64,000 bases of DNA, taken from NCBI RefSeq assembly GCF_009914755.1, contig NC_060948.1. One strand, given 5' to 3'. Made by a program: the position numbers and the translations under genes. Shown here one piece after another: positions 1 to 32,194 of this stretch. Within the stretch, counting starts at the first letter, position 1; each line of letters starts with the position of its first letter. This DNA comes from the human T2T-CHM13v2.0 reference genome, Homo sapiens. The notes under the pieces were generated by a model, which was not told where the DNA came from, searched no databases, and saw only the letters and a program-made list of their open reading frames with translations.

Positions 1-2390
<2,390 letters not shown>

Positions 2391-2767
2391 TCATTTTTCT
2401 ATTTGGAAATAAAGTCCTGTCTAGGTTTATGAGGAGTGGGACCACATCACTGAAGATACACGAGCAAGAACATGGATTTGCTTATCTCTGTTTTGGTCAT
2501 GTCCTCCCGGGGGGCAGGGGTGGGGGTGGCAAACCTCCTCCCCTCCCTCCCCCACTTCGAACACAGAGTGAGTGTTGGTGACACTCAGCCAGGGACAGGA
2601 CCCCGCTGCGAGCCAGGTTCCTCTTTCTACTGACTCTCTGGGGACCCTGTTTGCCTCCCGGCAACACGCTTTGCCGAAGAGCCCCTGTGCTGGCTGCCAC
2701 GTGAGCCGCCCCTGTCCCTACTCTCAGCAGCCTTCCCCACCTGCAAACCCAGATCGAGGGCCTCCCA

Positions 2768-3542
2768 TGCTGGGTTGGATGGTGGCCCCCAGAGATATGT
2801 CCGTGTCCTGAGCCCTGCTATTTGGGGAGGGGGTTTCATTTGGAAAAGAGGGTCTTTGCAGATTCATTCCGTTGTGGATCTTGAGAGAAAATAATCCTGC
2901 ATTGTCTGGGTGGGCCTTAAATGCAATGACAGGTGTCCTTCTAAGAGACAGGAGAGGAGACACAGACACAGAGGAGAAGGCCACGTGGAGACGGAGGCAG
3001 AGACTGGAGTGATGCGGCCACGAGCCCAGGGATGCCTGGAGCCCCCAGGAGCTGGGAGAGACAGGAAGGAGCCTCCGGAGGGAACTGGATCCAATTGTAA
3101 TGGGTTGAACAGCGGATCCTGGAAAGATATGTCCATATCCTAGAGCCCAGAACCTGGAATGAGACCTTATTTGGAAATAAGAACTTTGCAGATTTAATGA
3201 GTTAAGGATCTCAAGATGAGATACTCCTGGATTAGGCTGGGCCCTAAATCCAATGACAGGTGCCCTGGTAAAAGACAGAAGAGGAGACGCAGACACAGAG
3301 GAGAAGGCCACGTGGAGACGGAGACAGAGCCTGGAATGACGCGGCCACAAGCCCAGGGATGCCTGGAGCCCCCAGGAGCTGGGAGAGACAGGAAGGACCC
3401 TCCCCTAGAGCTCCTTGAGGGAGCACGGACCTGAGACATTTTGATCTCAGACTTCTGGCCCCCGGAACTGTAAGAAAGTAAATTCCTGTTGTCGAACTCC
3501 CCAGTTTGTGGCATTTTTTGTGTCAGCCTCAGGGGACTCACA
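2768..3542 (+). mobile_element. Two head-to-tail MLT1C-like MaLR LTR copies (~330 bp period)
   Basis: MLT1C hallmarks GGGTCTTTGCAGAT, GGGCCCTAAATCCAATGAC and GAGGAGAAGGCCACGTGGAGACGG each occur twice. Confidence 0.8.
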
Positions 3543-3657
3543 GAAATGGCTTTGTCTCTGCACCCCTAAAATAATTTTAATGTTGCTACTGAACAAGTTT
3601 GAAAGATGCAGGCACTTTCTGACATGCCACGAGCTTTGTTACTTAAAATACAACTGC

Positions 3658-7163
<3,506 letters not shown>

Positions 7164-8490
7164 CACTTTCTGGCCATTTTCATTTCTGTAGGCAATGGAC
7201 GGGTCCTAGGAGTCCCCATGGCTAAAGTTAAGATGCAATTTAGTTGGAAGCGACATGGATTCAGGGGTCCTAGGAGCTGGCCACCAAGAATAACTCAGAC
7301 CTGGTCAAGTCTCAAGGTATCAGGTCCCTGTTTGTTCAAATCGGAGTCCTCATGGGCCCCAAAGTTCCGTGGTCTACTGTTTCCAAAAGCCCCCCGAAGC
7401 CCTTGCGTACATGCAACACCCCCAGCTGCCTCTGAGCCAAGCAAGGAGGGTCTAAGTTCAGAGGCATGATCAGGGCAGGCGTCCTCACTTGCTCTCTCTG
7501 TGCGTGTCCAAGATGAAGTCCCCTAGATTTCACCGGACGAGATGAGACCTGACATTCCACATTGTCCTTGAACACCTGTCAGTCAGCACCCACTACTTCC
7601 TGAGTCCTGGAAATAGTCAACCTCATCTCTCGTTGGATGAGGAGTTGTCCCGGGAGACACGCCAGGACCCCACCCAAGCCTTCCTAGCTGAAAATCATCA
7701 CTGAGCCAGAAAAGCTGTCGCTCATATCCCCGGTGACCGCCGACGGTGGTTCGGAGCTGGGGTAGCTCATGAGTCCCTGCAGTACTGGCGACATACCTGT
7801 TGTGTGGATTGCTAAACTGAGGCTCGGGGCCGTGACGGCACCCGGTCACAGCACCCGGCGGAGTCCCCACGTGCCGGCCCCTCCTGTTGGCGACGCGCGA
7901 TTTCCGCCCCCCTGCCTGACTTCCCATGTCTCCCTGCCACATTCATGAGTAGCTTCATGTTGAGTTTGAGCCTGCTTCTGGGTACACTACCCCTGTGGTG
8001 ACGGGAGGGAAAGTAAAGGTTTTTCTCACTTGACAGAAGAGGAAATTGAGGTTAGCTATTAGGTCATGGCATGGCCGTGGTCAGACCCACGGCTGATAAC
8101 ATGTAAAGGCACGCCTGAATCAAGCCAGCCCCGTCTGGCACTCAACACACACCCCACGTCTTTGCAGCCGGGCGGGACCAGGCGGGACCCACACCGCCAT
8201 CCCTCAGGAGACCTCCCTGCCGCCTCCCCCACCTCTTTCACCCCGTATGGCGTGTGCCTGATGACCTCTCATCACGATGCCCCTGTCCCCCCGACGCCCT
8301 GTGGGTTTGGGGGAAAAATCCAGCAATGGCCTAGGGCAGGTCACATAAGATTCCTCACAACAGACTCTGATGTTCTGGCAGTATTGCTGAGTGTCTCTAA
8401 AACCATGGAAAGCCCCAGGGGCTGGCAGAGCTGCAGGCAGTCAGCTGGGGAGGTGGCGTTCATGCTGCCATTAACCAGGCTGAGTGTTGA

Positions 8491-8700
8491 TCAAAGGTTT
8501 TCAACTGGGGCCACTGTGGTCCCCAGGGGACGCTGGGCAGCAGCGACATCTCTGGCTGTCATGACGGGGTGGAGGAGCTCCTGGCATCTGGTGGGTGCAG
8601 CCCAGGGACACCGTTCAACACACTACACTGCACGGGACGGCCCTGCCACAGAGTGTCATCCAGCCCCAAAATGTCAGCAGTGCTGAGGCTGAGAAACTCC
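8491..8700 (+). mobile_element. MER20 (hAT-Charlie DNA transposon)
   Basis: GGTTTTCAACTGGGG...CTCCTGGCATCTGGTGGGT...CCCCAAAATGTCAGCAGTGCTGAGGCTGAGAAACTC matches the MER20 consensus. Confidence 0.8.
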
Positions 8701-8739
8701 ACATATCGGTTATCCCCACATGAGAGACTCCTTATATTG

Positions 8740-8932
8740 GTTATCTATGTATCCATCTATGTATCTACCTATCTAGCCATCCATCTATTTATCTCTCTAT
8801 CTATCATCTATGTATCTATCTGTCTAGCCATCTATCTATCTATCCATCATCTATGTATCTATCCATCTATTCATCCATCTATCTATCCTGTATGTATTTA
8901 TCTATCCATCATCCATCCATCCATCCATCCAT

Positions 8933-8973
<41 letters not shown>

Positions 8974-9319
8974 TTCTATTATCTATCTATCATCTATGTA
9001 TCTATGTATCTATCCATCCATGTATGTGTCTATCATCTATGCATCCATCCATCCATCCCTCCATCCATCCATTCATCCATCCATCCATCCATCCATCCAT
9101 CTATTCTATCATCTATGTATCTATGTATCCATCCATTCATTGTATCTATCATGTATCTATTATCTATCTATCCTGTATGTATCTATCCATCTATTCATCC
9201 ATCTGTCTATCCTGTATGTGTTCATCCATCCATCCATCCATCCATCCATCCATCCATCCATTTATTCTATCTATGCATCTATCTATGTATCTATCTATGT
9301 ATCTATCTATGTATCTATG

Positions 9320-9371
<52 letters not shown>

Positions 9372-9602
9372 ATCTATGTATCCATCCATTCTATCTATCT
9401 ATCTATCTATCTATCTATCCATCTATGTATCTACCTATCTAGCCATCCATCTATTTATCTCTCTATCATCTATGTATCTATCTGTCTAGCCATCTATCTA
9501 TCTATCCATCATCTATGTATCTATCCATCTATTCATCCATCTATCTATCCTGTATGTATTTATCTATCCATCATCCATCCATCCATCCATCCATCCATCT
9601 AT

Positions 9603-9647
<45 letters not shown>

Positions 9648-10475
9648 TTCTATTATCTATCTATCATCTATGTATCTATGTATCTATCCATCCATGTATG
9701 TGTCTATCATCTATGCATCCATCCATCCATCCCTCCATCCATCCATTCATCCATCCATCCATCCATCCATCCATCCATCTATTCTATCATCTATGTATCT
9801 ATGTATCCATCCATTCATTGTATCTATCATGTATCTATTATGTATCTATCATGTATGTATCTATCCATCTATTCATCCATCTGTCTATCCTGTATGTGTT
9901 CATCCATCCATCCATCCATCCATCCATCCATCCATCCATTTATTCTATCTATGCATCTATGTATCTATCTATGTATCTATCTGTCTATCTATCTATCTAT
10001 CTATCTATCTATCATCTATGTATCCATCCTATCTATCTATCTATCTATCTATCTCTATTATCTATCTATCATCTATGTATCTATGTATCTATCCATTCTA
10101 TCTATCTATGTATGTATCTATCTATCTTCTCTATCATCTATGTATCTATGTATCCATCCATCTATGTAAATATTATCTATGCATCCATCCATCCATCCAT
10201 CATCTATGTATCTATGTATCTATCCATTCATTGTATCTACCATGTATCTAACTATCCTCTATCTATCATCTATCTATCTATCTCATCTATCATCTTTATA
10301 CATCTATCATCTACCACCTATCTGTCTCAATATCTGTCAATCTGTCATCTATATCTATGTATTACCTATCTATCTCAATAGCTAGCTATCAATCATCTAT
10401 CATCTAATCTATTCATCCGTCTACCTCAATATCTATCAATCATCGAATAGCTATATCTATTCATCTATCTGTCTA
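8740..10475. repeat. Compound (TCTA)n/(TCCA)n microsatellite, ~1.7 kb
   Basis: Directly visible tetranucleotide arrays; they produce the spurious 190-440 aa ORFs. Confidence 0.97.
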
Positions 10476-10562
10476 CACCTGGCTTAGAGCGTGATGGACT
10501 CACTACTCTGGGAGAGTAGCTGCGAGGAACACCACCAGTGTCCTCACTAATACAAGCTTTTT

Positions 10563-11922
<1,360 letters not shown>

Positions 11923-12316
11923 ACCTTCCATTCTCTTGACGGCACTGAGCATTGCCTTCAACGGCATGTCTACGGATGGCCAGCTGGGTCCCTTCTGGGG
12001 CTCCAGACACGATTCTCTTAGCTGTCTGTTGTCTGAGAGTTTTTCCTGATTGACACATGGCCTCCTGCCTTATAACTTCCCCCACCTGAGTCCTCTCGTC
12101 TGTCCCACATCACTCGCTGACAACACCCACAATGGCCAGGTGTGTCCTTCTGGAATTCCAGGTGAGCAAGTGTTCTGCCTTCGGTGATATGGGGGCCCAC
12201 CTGTTCCTCTGCCTTTTTTTCCTAGCTCCTTGGTCCAGGGCTCATCACACCAGATATGTAAGCAAAGAGAAGAGGCTCCCAGGCTGGCGGGGGGGTCTCC
12301 TGTCCAGGGTCTCCTG

Positions 12317-14280
<1,964 letters not shown>

Positions 14281-14509
14281 TAGCGTTAACAACTTGTGCC
14301 CGTTTTCCTTTAATTGTCCCACTTTTAGCCCTGAGGTTCTTGTGTCCTGAAAATACCTTATAAATCCAGGGCAAACCAAGATGGATTATCTTCCCACATC
14401 CAACACCTGCACAGGTAAGTACAATTCTGTTTAATCTTGATGTCTGCTCAGGCTGGCTCTTCTCTCTGCCTACCACAGCTGGGTTCTGTGCTTGGTATGG
14501 ACACCCGCC

Positions 14510-15316
14510 CCTTTCCTTTCCTTTTCCTTTCCTTTCCATTTCTTTCCTTTCCTTCCCTTCCCTTTTATTTTCCTTTTCCTTTTCCTTTCCCTTCCCTCCC
14601 TTCCCTTCCCTTTCCTCCCCTCCCTTCCCTTCCCTTCCTTTCCCTTCCCTTTCCTCCCCTCCCTTCCCTTTCTTTTCCTTTCCCTTCCCTTCCCTTTCCT
14701 CCCCTCCTTTCCCTTCCCTTCCCTTCCCTTCCTTCCCTTCCCTCCCTTCCCTTCCCTTTCCTCCCCTCCCTTCCCTTCCCTTCCTTTCCCTTCTCTTCCC
14801 TTCCCTTCCCTCCCTTCCCCTCCTTTTCCTTTCCTTTTCCTTTTCCTTTCCCTTCCCTCCCTTCCCTTCCCTTTCCTCCCCTCCCTTCCCTTCCCTTCCT
14901 TTCCCTTCTCTTCCCTTCCCTCCCTTCCCTTCCTTTTCCTTTCCCTTCCCTTCCCTTTCCTCCCCTCCCTTCCCTTTCTTTTCCTTTCCCTTCCCTTCCC
15001 TTTCCTCCCCTCCTTTCCCTTCCCTTCCCTTCCCTTCCTTCCCTTCCTTCCCTTCCCTTCCCTTCCCTTCCTTCCCTTCCTTCCCTTCCCTTCCCTTCCC
15101 TTCCTTCCCTTCCCTTCCCTTCCTTCCCTTCCCTTCCCTTTCCTTTCCTCCCCTCCCTTCCTTTTCCTTCCCTTCCTTTCCTTTCCTTCCCTTTCCCTTT
15201 CCTTCCCTTTTCCTTTCCTTCCCTTCCCTCCCTTTCCCTTTCCCTCCCCCTCCCCCTCCCCTTCCCCTGTCTTCCTCTCCCCTCCCCTTCCCCTCCCCTC
15301 CCCTTCCCTTCCCTTT
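14510..15316. repeat. Polypyrimidine (CCCTT/TTCCC)n tract, ~800 bp, at the tail of a minus-strand Alu (15317-15600)
   Basis: Almost pure C/T on the plus strand. Confidence 0.97.
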
Positions 15317-15427
15317 GACAGAGACTTGCTCTGCTGTCCTGGCTGAAGTGCGGTGACACTACCTCAGCTCACTGTAACCTCAGCCTCCCTGGTTCAAGCA
15401 ATTCTCCTGCCTCAGCCTCCCGAGTAG

Positions 15428-15637
<210 letters not shown>

Positions 15638-15639
15638 TA

Positions 15640-17760
<2,121 letters not shown>

Positions 17761-18219
17761 TCAAGGTCTGGCTTTTAAACCACCTCAGCCTTCAGCTTGG
17801 GCCCCCGCCCCATCCCACAAACACCCCCAACCTTGTCCGCCTCTGTGTGCCTTGTGGGCAGTCCCCAGTACATGGCCTTAGACTGCTGTTCCACCCTCCA
17901 GAGTCTCAGGATGAACTGGAAGGTATTAAGGAAGTCATCTGAGGGCTCTGAGCAAAATGGAAACTAATTTCAGTGGGAAAAGAGGATCTGCAGTGAGTGA
18001 GTCTGTTGAGCTCCGGCAGAGAAGAAGCCTGGTGTCAGGGTCCTTCTGCCTGAGCCTGTGGGGCCAGGTAATGTTAACAGGAAGCATGCTCAGACCCAAG
18101 CGAGGTCTCAGAAGATTTAAGGGAAGTTCAATCTTCACACGTGTCTCTGGTTTCCAGTAATATCTGGCCCCCAATATTCTCCCTGGTCCTCAATATTTTC
18201 TGGTTCTTAGTAATCTCTC

Positions 18220-21420
<3,201 letters not shown>

Positions 21421-21424
21421 TCTT

Positions 21425-24440
<3,016 letters not shown>

Positions 24441-24684
24441 ATAAAACAGCAGTATTTATTTTGGTGACTGAGTTTTTTGGCATTGGAGTGTCTACACGTC
24501 TCCCCGTAACCCCGTTCCTGTTTGATTTTCTCATCTGCAATGTAGCGATGGGGTAGAATTGGGTCTTGTACTCAGGGTTGTTTCAAGAGTTTGATGGTGT
24601 GGGGGGAGCATTGAGAATGTCCCTTTGTACACAGTAGGCTTGTCACACTTGCCAGCTGCTTACCCCCCTCTCTTCTGCGGATCC

Positions 24685-25370
24685 ACTCATCCCTTTATTC
24701 ATTCATTCATCCGCTCATTCATTCCTCATCCATCCATGCATCCATCCATTCATCCATCCATCCATCCATCCACTCATCCATCCATCCATCCATCCCTCCA
24801 TCCATGCATGCATGCATCCATCCATCCATCCATCCATCCATCCATCCATCCATTCATCCATCTATCCATCCATCCATCCATCCATTCATCCACTCATCCA
24901 TCCATACATCCACGCATCCATCCATCCATCCATCCATCCATTCATCCATCCATCCCTCCATCCATGCATGCATCCATCCATCCATCCATCCATCCATCCA
25001 TCCATTCATCCATCTATCCATCCATCCATTCATCCATCCATCCATCCATACATCCATGCATCCATCCATCCATCCATCCATTCATCCATCCATCCATCCA
25101 TCCATCCATCCATCCATCCATCCATCCACTCATCCATTCATCCATCCATCCATACATCCATGCATCCATCCATCCATCCATCCATCCATCCATCCATCCA
25201 CTCATCCATTCATCCATCCACTCATCCATCCATCCATCCATCCATCCATCCATCCATCCATCCACTCATCCATTCAACCATCCACTCATCCATCCATCCA
25301 TCTATCCATCCATCCATCCATCCATCCATCCATCCATCCACCCACCCATCCATCCACTCATTCATTCACC
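24685..25370. repeat. (TCCA)n microsatellite
   Basis: Directly visible. Confidence 0.97.
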
Positions 25371-25604
25371 TGTCTACAGTGAGGGTCTGTGTCCATTCAG
25401 CTGCTCAAGAAGGTGGTCTCAGGGTGGGGGCAGCTTCTTCACCCTCTCATAGTCCTGTAGCCAGGGTCTGTCACCTTGCAGGGAGTTGTGCTCCACAGCA
25501 GTGCAGAGGGTTTGAGTGGGGACCCCCCAAAATCCCTATTGGTGCAATAAATCCTCTCTCCTCCTCTGATTAGGCCAAGGAGCTCAGTGTTTTGTGAAGA
25601 ATTT

Positions 25605-25950
25605 GTTTGGAGAGTGTTTTGAGTTGGATTGCATCCCTTTGAAAGACACATTCAAAGCCTCAACATAGGTACCTGTGAATATAGGACCTTATTTGGAAAT
25701 AGGATCTTTGCAGATGGGATTAAGGTGTAAGTTAGGATGACATCATACTGCATTTGGGTGGGGACTTAATCCTATAGGACTGGGGTCCTTCTAAGAAGAG
25801 ACTGGGACGCAGACATGCACAGAGGGAAGATTGCTGTGTGAAGACAGAGGCAGAGATTGGAGGGAGGCATTCCCAAGCCCAGGGACGTCAAGGATGGCAG
25901 AGGATCAGAAGCTGGAGAGACGCAGGAAAGATTCTCCCCAAAGCCTCAGA
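25605..25950 (+). mobile_element. MLT1B/C-like MaLR LTR
   Basis: GTACCTGTGAATATAGGACCTTATTTGGAAATAGGATCTTTGCAGAT...GTGTGAAGACAGAGGCAGAGATTGGAG. Confidence 0.75.
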
Positions 25951-25999
25951 AACAGTATGCATTAATTCGGGGCAATTGACTGGAAATCAGCTCCTTTCT

Positions 26000-28300
<2,301 letters not shown>

Positions 28301-28989
28301 AGGCCATGTTAATCTATTCTGGTCTCTCATCTACAAAGTCACAGCCCCTACAGGGACCCTGCTCATTCATTCCCTGTGGCTGAGACTGAAGGGGTATCTC
28401 CTGTTTCTATTCCACGTGTGGCCACCTGCTGGTCTGTCCCTGTCCTGAGTGCAGGAGTAGTCTCATTCTCCTCCACCCCAAGAACAGATGAGTGATAAAT
28501 AAATACCTGGAGACAGAATGCCTCCAACCCCAGGGTAATAGCCTGAGTATCCTAGAAGTTTCCTGTGTTCATGCCAAGAGCTTGTGATGGACATATGGAC
28601 ACTGTAGATGGACAACAGCGCCTTCACTGAGCAGCTAGTGCCTGGGAAGCCTCCAGCTTCACTGAGCCTCAGGTTTCATCTATTGCATCTCACAGAGAGG
28701 CTGTCTGCAACATGCCCATTTCAACCACTGGCTGAGAGGCTCATGCAGGTATGCATGTGACAGGGCTCCTTGCTGGAGAGTGGGTTCCTGGAGATTCCAT
28801 CAGAGCTACTGCTGCACAACTGCCCCTTGAGGAGGCCATCACAGCTCTGAGCAGCAGGCGCTGCCAGTCAGCACCGTGTGAACTCAAAGTCTTGCATTCA
28901 TCCTCATACGACATCTTCAAAACCACTTTAAACGTCCCAGGGAAGCCCGGAGGAGCAAGTGCTTCCAAGAGGCTGGCTCTGGTCTTTGG

Positions 28990-29365
28990 ATTGAGTGTGG
29001 ATTTGAGTCTCTTTGAATGAGTGTGGATTTGAGTTTCTTTGAATGAGTGTGGATTTGAGTCTCTTTGAATGCGTGTGGGTTTGAGCCTCTTTGAATGATT
29101 GTGGACTTGAGTCTCTTTGAATGAGTGTGGATTTGAGTCTCTTTGAATTCGTGTAGGTTTGAGTCTCTGAATGAGTGGACTTGAGTCTGTTTGAATGAGT
29201 ATGGATTTGAGTCTCTTTGATTGCGTGTGGGTTTGAGTCTCTTTGAATGAGTGTGGATTTGAGTCTCTTTGAATGAGTGTGGACTTGAGTCTCTTTGAAT
29301 GAGTTGGATTTGAGTCTCTTTGAGTGTGGATTGGAGTCTCTGAATGTGCGTGGATTTGAGTCTCC
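28990..29365. repeat. 26-bp minisatellite (GAGTGTGGATTTGAGTCTCTTTGAAT)n, ~14 copies
   Basis: Period of 26 visible from 28993. Confidence 0.95.
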
Positions 29366-29836
29366 TCATTCCTGCACTTTTTCAGTTCCCTTTGTTGCAT
29401 GGGACAGTATAAATGACGCTCCCCATTGATCCAGTTTTGCAAGTAAAAATGTCACATGTGGAAGCCAGCATTTAGTCCTCGGGCAGATAAGCATGTTTGA
29501 TGAGAATAACACGTACACACAGCGGGGCCCTTGGTCTTGGAAAGGTGGAGAATAAATCCTCCATTTCCCCTGAGACCTGACCTGCACAGGGAATATCTGC
29601 TTAATCTACACATGTGTGGCTTGTAACGACAGAGTCTCTTCAATTCTACTTACTTTATTATAGTAACAAGAGCATGCATACAGCACATTGGGAGATGGAG
29701 AAATGGAAGGAAGTGATCCAGAGTCCCTTGACCCAGCCCATTCTCTCCCTGAGACCTGGGGGATGGGACATGATCTTGCTTCTCCTTCCAGGTCTCTGGA
29801 AGGATCATCTTGTCTTATCTTGCCTGCCTCTCACCC

Positions 29837-30566
29837 TGTGGTTCAGAATTGCGGGAGATTCTGTTCCAGTGGGGATGCTTGTCTATATCTTGGGCAGTTT
29901 GGGGTGTCACAACTGGAGGGTGTACTCCTGGGGCGTGGTGGGTGGAGCCTGGGAAGATGCTCAGTGCCCTGCAGTGCACAGGATAGGCTCAACACAGAGA
30001 ATCCTCCAGCCCTACATGGCAGCAGTGCTGAGGCTGACATCCTGCCTGAGCATGAGAGAGTCTCTGTTAGTGACTATCTATCCATCTATATCTATCTATC
30101 ATATCTATCATTTATCAATTTATCTATATATCATATCTAGCTCTCTGGCACCTATATCTATTTATTTATTAATCTTCTCTGTCTGTCATCTATTTATACC
30201 TTTCTAGCATTTATCTCTCATCTCTATCATTTATCTGCCTACCATTTGACAGTGGTTTCAACTAGGGGTGATTTTTCTCATCACGGCACACTGGGTAATG
30301 TCTGAGAACAGTTCTGGTTGTCGCAACTGTGGGGGTGCTCCTGGCATCTGGTGGGTGGATCCCGGGGATGCTTCTCAATACCTTACACTGCACAGGATGG
30401 CCCCACCACAGAGAATCACCCGGCCCCAAATGTCTATAGTGTTGACGTGGAAAGATCCTGCTTTTAGTATAGAGAATCTCTCTTCTCTCTCTCTCTCTCC
30501 GTCATCCATCTATGTATCCATGTATCTATGTATCTATGCATCTATGTATGTATGTATGTATGTATG

Positions 30567-30600
<34 letters not shown>

Positions 30601-30665
30601 CCTATCTATCTATGTATCCATGTATCTATGTATGTATCTATCTATCTCTATTACCTATCATCACC

Positions 30666-30708
<43 letters not shown>

Positions 30709-31454
30709 GTCATCTATCTATATGTATGTACATATCTATCTATCTTATCTATTGCTCATCTATCTAGGTATCTCTCTAATCTATCATCTATCTCTCTAAT
30801 CTATTAATGCACCTATGTATGTATCTATGTATCTATCTATCTAATCTATTTATCCATGTATGTATGTATGTATCTACCTATCTAATCTATGTATGTATGT
30901 ATATATGTATCTAATTTATGTACGTACATATGTATGTATCTATTCTATCTATGTATCTATCTATCTGATTGATCTATCTCTCTATCATCACCATTATCTA
31001 TCTATATGTATGTGTGTATCTATCTATCCTATCTATCTATCTCTCATCTATCTATGTATCTCTCTAATCTATCATCTATTTAATCTATGCATCTATATAT
31101 CTATCTATCTAATCTATTTATCCATGTATGTATGTATCTATCTAATCTATGTATGTATGTATCTATCTAATTTACGTATGTATCTTTTCTATCTATCTCT
31201 ATTATCTATATATCTATCTGTCTATCATCACCATTATCTATCTATATCTATGTATGTATTGTCTATTCTATCTCTCATCTATCTATATATCTCTTTAATC
31301 TATCATCTATCTATCTAATCTATGCATGTATCTATGTATCTATCTATCTAATCTATTTATCCATGTATGTATGTATGTATGTACCTATCTAATTTATGTA
31401 TGTATGTATATATCTATCTATTCTATGTATCTATTTATCGATTCTATCTATCTA

Positions 31455-31498
<44 letters not shown>

Positions 31499-31715
31499 AT
31501 TTGTCACCCATCTATCTTTAAGACAGTGATAGATGAGCAAGTGATTTTGCTACCTGGAGACATTGAGTAATATCTGGAGACATTTCTGATTGTCACAACT
31601 GTGGGTGCTCCTGGCACCTTGTGGCTGGAGCCCAGGGACGCTGCTCTACACCCTACAATCCCCAGGATGGCCCCACCACAGGGAATTCCCCCGCCCCAAA
31701 TGTCACTAGTGCTCC
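29837..31715 (+). mobile_element. Three MER20 copies (~29837-30045, 30250-30460, 31523-31715) separated by (TCTA/TGTA)n tracts
   Basis: Each copy has MER20 motifs (..TGT(C)ACAACTG..., CTCCTGGCA.CT.GTGG.TGGA, CAGGATGGCCCCACCACAG, CCCCAAATGTC). Confidence 0.8.
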
Positions 31716-32194
31716 AGCAGACAGCCTGTGCCTTTTGTGTCTCATGAATGGTTCTATCCCAAGATCTGTCCTTGCCCCATCTTCCTGCATGCCCTCTCCA
31801 TCAGGGGTCCCCCTGCTTACAGGGTCCCCCGTAAACAATGTCCAGGCCCCCTCCCAGCCTGACTGTGCCCAGCCCGAGGGGTTAGCATGCTCAGCCCACC
31901 CCCAGCTCATGAACTCCTGGGGAGCCTGGACAGCACATTGCCATTCCACCAACTCATCATCCGAAACCAACACAGCCTGGCACCTGCCACCTGCTTCTGT
32001 CTGTGCCACTCCCTGCCCAGCCATGGAGAGTCTCATAGGACTCCTCCCTCCCATGGAGACCTTCTTGGCTAGAAAATCACACATCCTGCTTCCACAAAGT
32101 CCCTCTGCTCAGGGCACCAGCACCTTTCCCCTGGAGCAGGGCACTCTGCACAAAAGCATCAACGCAGTCCTCAAGGTCCCAGCCCGGCTCAGCG

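Noticed and set aside
8569-10381. Long ORFs of 190-438 aa (also 24625-25573, 25999-27033, 57810-59131)
   Set aside because: They are translations of (TCTA)n/(TCCA)n repeats that lack stop codons in some frames; the peptides are low-complexity.
14437-15359. 264-293 aa ORFs on both strands (also 51796-53019 and 61217-61965)
   Set aside because: Homopurine/homopyrimidine tracts contain no stop codons; there is no coding signature.
28741-29442. 233-aa repetitive ORF and a CRISPR-like periodic pattern
   Set aside because: It is a head-to-tail 26-bp minisatellite with no unique spacers, in eukaryotic DNA. The same applies to the 50-bp and 235-bp arrays.
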